A stretch of DNA of 64,000 nt from assembly GCA_963662585.1 (NCBI GenBank), contig OY759729.1:832001-896000 (forward strand), in the 5' to 3' direction. The position numbers and the translations under genes were made by a program. Source of the stretch: Candidatus Cloacimonadales bacterium. GTDB taxonomy: Bacteria; Cloacimonadota; Cloacimonadia; Cloacimonadales; JAFGVF01. The notes under the pieces are model-generated. The model was not told the DNA's origin. It saw nothing but the letters and a program-made list of their open reading frames with translations, and did no database searches. Numbering within the stretch: position 1 is the first letter of the stretch; every line of letters begins with the position of its first letter. Of the stretch, positions 60,214-64,000 are shown piece after piece.

Positions 60214-61365
60214 ATGAATATAATATTTTGGGGCGCTTTAACACTTCTTTTCTACCATATAGTATGTTATCCTATTCTAGTAAAGATTCTCTCCCTCTTT
60301 GGTAAAAAGATAGAATTAAATAAACTTAATGATTTTCCTAAAATAACAGTTCTGTGTCCTGCTTATAATGAAGAATCTGTATTGGCTGCTAAATTAGACT
60401 CTTTTATAGGATTAGATTATCCTAAAGATAAGATAGATTTGATAGTTATTTCTGATGATTCAGAGGATAGGACAAATGATATAGCTTTAGAATATGCCTC
60501 CAAGTATAACAATATTTCTTTGAGAGTACAAAAGCCTCGCAAAGGCAAACCAAGTGGACACAATATGATTGAGCCTGACTTAAACTGTGACTTCGTTCTT
60601 TCCACAGATGCTAACTCAATTTTTGCTCCTGATGCAGTAAAGCACTTAGTTAAAACCATACAAAGTGACCAACAGATAGGTTTAGTAACAGGACAATTAA
60701 AATATACAAGTAATAGTGGTCATAGTTCAGGTGAAGGCGCTTATTGGAAATATGAAAATTTCATTAAAATGTGTGAATCAAAGCTCAACTCCATTATTGT
60801 AGCAAATGGATCTATCTTTCTTATTAAAAGGGAACTTTTTACCCAAATTCATCCTGCCTCAACAGATGATTTTGAAAGAACTCTGATTACTTTAGAAAAT
60901 CATAAAATTGCCAAATTCGAGCCACTAGCTATTGTGGAAGAAGAGGTATCTCAAGAGAGTAAAGAAGAGTTTAGAAGGAAAATAAGAATCATTTCAAGAG
61001 AATGGGATGCTGTTAAAAGACACAAAGTGTTATTCAATCCAGTAAAATATCCTTATGCTTCTTTCGCTTTAGTGTCTCACAAAATTTTAAGATGGTTATT
61101 CTTTTCCTTTGTTATTTTAATGCTAGTTTCAAATGTATTCTTGGCGCTTTCAATGAATAAATTCTATCTTATAATTTTAGCATTACAGATACTTTTCTAC
61201 CTTATCGGAGCTTTAGATTTTGTAGTTAAGAATGGTAATCCGCTCAAGAAAGCAACTAAATTACCAGGTTACTTTATGATTATGATTGTTTCTAGTATGC
61301 TTGCTTTTTTCAGATTCTTAAAAGGCAACCAAAAAGCAACTTGGTCAACAATAAGAACAAGTTAA
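60214..61365 (+). CDS. GT2 glycosyltransferase
   Basis: PAYNEE, SDDSEDRT, TDAN, DDF, EFRRKIRI, C-terminal TMs. Confidence 0.9.
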   Translation: MNIIFWGALTLLFYHIVCYPILVKILSLFGKKIELNKLNDFPKITVLCPAYNEESVLAAKLDSFIGLDYPKDKIDLIVISDDSEDRTNDIALEYASKYNNISLRVQKPRKGKPSGHNMIEPDLNCDFVLSTDANSIFAPDAVKHLVKTIQSDQQIGLVTGQLKYTSNSGHSSGEGAYWKYENFIKMCESKLNSIIVANGSIFLIKRELFTQIHPASTDDFERTLITLENHKIAKFEPLAIVEEEVSQESKEEFRRKIRIISREWDAVKRHKVLFNPVKYPYASFALVSHKILRWLFFSFVILMLVSNVFLALSMNKFYLIILALQILFYLIGALDFVVKNGNPLKKATKLPGYFMIMIVSSMLAFFRFLKGNQKATWSTIRTS

Positions 61366-61367
61366 TC

Positions 61368-62363
61368 TCAAGGTAAATAAGGACTTATCTTTTCATAAAC
61401 CTCTTCAGGATAGAGCTTTGTTAAACATTCAGGTGCTTCTGTTAGCTTGAGCCATTCAGAAACTGGAGGTGCTTTAATCAAAGACCTGATAATATGTGTT
61501 TTAAGAGAGATTGGAGCTGTTATTTTCTCATTAGCAGGACCGAAGATAATGAAAAGTTCAGCATCAAAACAACTGGCTACATGACCTAAACCTGAATCAC
61601 TATTTAGGAAGTAATCACATTTACTCAATAAGGCAGCAGTTTGATACATAGAGCAATCACTGGCTAGCACAATACCTGTTTGATCAGAGATTTCTTTTCC
61701 TAACTCGATTTCATCAGGACCAATAAAAAGAATTAGATTTAAATTATTATTTTTCTGTAAAAGTTTTATTAGCCCTATATAGTGTTCAACAGGCCATCTT
61801 CTATAGAAAGATTTTTTATTACAGCCGGGATGAATACCGAAAAGTTTTTTACCAACTAAGTTGTTATCCAGAATAAAATTATCCGCGAAAGCGAAATCTT
61901 CTTTATCAAGACAGAAGAGAGTTTTCCGCTGGATATCAGGAGGTAAGAATTTAGATAAAAGCTTAAGATTACTATCCAAACGATGAATGTTAGGATCAAA
62001 CTTATGCTGTTCCTTAAAAACAAGTTTTAACTTCTTTTCTCTAAACTCCCCAATAGGATATTTTATGTTTAGTAAGGCTAAAAATAGTTGAGATTTACGG
62101 GGTGAGATACCAGTAGTGGCAAGTCCATAATCATATTTTTCTTTGCGAATTTGGGGCACTAGCTTTAGAAAATCTTTTAGATCATTCTTACAGTGATAAA
62201 TTTTATTAATTAAATTACACTTATTTATAGGGAATTTTGCTGCTTTTTCGGTAATTAGAAAGTCTATCTGACAATCCGGATACTTTTCTTTCAAGGCCTT
62301 CAAAGCAGGAGTTAGAATTATTAAGTCACCTAATCCCCAAGTATGAATAAATAATATCTTCAT
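61368..62363 (-). CDS. GT9 (heptosyltransferase-family) glycosyltransferase
   Basis: GLGDLIILTP, GIHPG....RRWP, NSDSGLGHVA, FGP. Confidence 0.9.
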   Translation of the reverse strand: MKILFIHTWGLGDLIILTPALKALKEKYPDCQIDFLITEKAAKFPINKCNLINKIYHCKNDLKDFLKLVPQIRKEKYDYGLATTGISPRKSQLFLALLNIKYPIGEFREKKLKLVFKEQHKFDPNIHRLDSNLKLLSKFLPPDIQRKTLFCLDKEDFAFADNFILDNNLVGKKLFGIHPGCNKKSFYRRWPVEHYIGLIKLLQKNNNLNLILFIGPDEIELGKEISDQTGIVLASDCSMYQTAALLSKCDYFLNSDSGLGHVASCFDAELFIIFGPANEKITAPISLKTHIIRSLIKAPPVSEWLKLTEAPECLTKLYPEEVYEKISPYLP

Positions 62364-62365
62364 AA

Positions 62366-63682
62366 CTAATTCCCTTTATTTTCGATTGATAATTTTATTT
62401 TATTAGCCATCAACTCTACACCTCTTTCAAAATTATATTTCTCTAAGACATTGTATCTTGATTCAGTAAAAAGAACTTGCTGAGGGAAAGTTAAGACTTT
62501 TTCAAATAATTCAGCAATTTCATCTTCTTTATTTCCCCAACAGATATAACCGCTTTGAGTAGCTTGGAAAAAGTCTGCCATTTCGCCAACTCTGTTAGAA
62601 AAACTGAGTATAGGTTTGCTTAAGTAGGCATATTCAAAAATCTTGATAGATAGTGCTTCTGGATGCAGGTCAGGATAATAAAAATGTAAAAAGACATCAG
62701 CTTTATTTAACTGTTTGAGAAGCTCGCTTCTCTCCACTCTCCCATGAAAAATAATATGGTCATCTATATCATAAGAATCAATAAATCTTTTTGTATCTTC
62801 ATCTACATCACCGAAAATATGTAGTTCTGGATTTATTGAAGTCTTCCTTAGAAACTTCACAAAGCCATTAAGTAATTTTGTAGGATTATAAATATCTGAG
62901 TTGATGCTAATTGTACCTACATAATAGAATAAAATTTTATCTTCTCCGAAAGGAATTGGAGAGATATTTAATTCCTGGTAATCACTTTTCACAAAGCCAT
63001 TTGGCACAGTAAAGCAATTTTTCTGCTTAGGATATATTCTAAGAAAATTATTAGTCATTGTATCAGTAACAGAAAAAATATTACTAGCATTATTAACACA
63101 TCTCTTTTCCCAAAATTTGTTCAAAAGCTTTCTAAATAATGTTTCTGGTTTAAGCTCTCTTTTCGGAGCTGATTGATCAATCTGGGCAACTTTTATCCAC
63201 TCATCCCTAAAATCTAAAGAGTATGATACCCCTGTAATTTTCTTAAGAAAATAACCTGTTAATGCTGGAGAATAAGGTCCTAAGCAGAAAGAAACATGTT
63301 TAATGTTATGCTTTCTAATAAGCTTTATTGCAGTTGGAATAATCTTAATTGACCATAGTAAATAACTATCCGGTGAGAGAATTAAATCTTTTAAAGACAT
63401 CAAAATAGTATTCTTTATTTTAGTTAGCTTAGAAGTTTTCTTATACAAATTCACACTATTCTTTTTTGCATAATTAATGGGATTATTAACTCTATGGATT
63501 TCTATTCTTGGGTCCAGCTCCTGTAAAGTCTCTTCATGCCAGTGATGTTTTCCATCATAAGCTGTTAAAACAAGAGGCAAGATACCATTATCTGGTAAAA
63601 ATCTGGCTACCCTACTTACCCTAAAAGTATAGGTCATTTGGTAAGGTGAGAAATAATAAACTATATAAAGTATTTTTTTCAT
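62366..63682 (-). CDS. GT4-like glycosyltransferase
   Basis: DFRDEW, VPNGF, YVGT, KIFEY. Confidence 0.8.
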   Translation of the reverse strand: MKKILYIVYYFSPYQMTYTFRVSRVARFLPDNGILPLVLTAYDGKHHWHEETLQELDPRIEIHRVNNPINYAKKNSVNLYKKTSKLTKIKNTILMSLKDLILSPDSYLLWSIKIIPTAIKLIRKHNIKHVSFCLGPYSPALTGYFLKKITGVSYSLDFRDEWIKVAQIDQSAPKRELKPETLFRKLLNKFWEKRCVNNASNIFSVTDTMTNNFLRIYPKQKNCFTVPNGFVKSDYQELNISPIPFGEDKILFYYVGTISINSDIYNPTKLLNGFVKFLRKTSINPELHIFGDVDEDTKRFIDSYDIDDHIIFHGRVERSELLKQLNKADVFLHFYYPDLHPEALSIKIFEYAYLSKPILSFSNRVGEMADFFQATQSGYICWGNKEDEIAELFEKVLTFPQQVLFTESRYNVLEKYNFERGVELMANKIKLSIENKGN

Positions 63683-63763
63683 ATTAAAACTTGTCTCCTT
63701 ACAGCTGTATAAGATGGATAGATTAAATATTGAATCAAAATATTATTAATTTGAAGCATGTCG

Positions 63764-64000
63764 CTATTTTCCATAATCTAGAAGAACTTCTTTATATAAT
63801 TCGAATAATTCTTTATTCTTGTTTGCATATCTTAATTTAACAGATTCAGCAGCTTTTAGCCCCATTGTATTTATCAATTCAGGATTCTCAAAAAATTTCT
63901 CGATTTGTTGAGCAATTTGTTCAGGTGCTTTAAAATCTACAAAGAAGCCATTCTCACCTTGTTGAACAATTTCTAAAGGCCCATAAGTAGGAGTAGATAT
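63764..64000 (-). CDS. GT4 glycosyltransferase, C-terminal part (truncated by window; not in ORF track)
   Basis: ISTPTYGPLEIVQQGENGFFVD...MGLKAAESV...YGK*. Confidence 0.75.
   Translation of the reverse strand: MSTPTYGPLEIVQQGENGFFVDFKAPEQIAQQIEKFFENPELINTMGLKAAESVKLRYANKNKELFELYKEVLLDYGK

Overview
AT-rich bacterial chromosomal window using the standard genetic code. Several proteins with FlgD/T9SS-like C-terminal sorting domains suggest an FCB-group diderm, plausibly Cloacimonadota (inference). The highlight is 5012-16080: a tightly coupled operon encoding an apparent FliF(ring domain)-FliG(M+C) fusion and a MotA/MotB stator pair, with no other flagellar gene in the window. It continues into an ExeA-like AAA ATPase, a Wzc-type kinase/co-polymerase, an SLBB-LCP protein, Wza and an outer-membrane protein. 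It is transcribed divergently from a 1570-aa FG-GAP/Ig-repeat adhesin and a PorV/FadL-like barrel gene. The middle (23.4-38.7 kb) is mobile. Three 1578-bp IS4-like copies each end 16-17 bp upstream of a TTGACA. Copies 2 and 3 bound an 11.8-kb composite unit with a 13-bp target duplication, carrying a GLUG-repeat surface protein, a TylF-like methyltransferase, a decayed group II intron inserted antisense in hflK, and a nitroreductase with an in-frame stop. The rest is typA, a Crp-associated operon, threonine dehydrogenase, tldD/tldE, iorAB, pruA, REP-like palindrome clusters, a secreted protein split by an in-frame TGA followed by a SECIS-like hairpin, a ferredoxin and LPS/EPS glycosyltransferases. 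All calls come from motif recognition by eye; no database searches were run.
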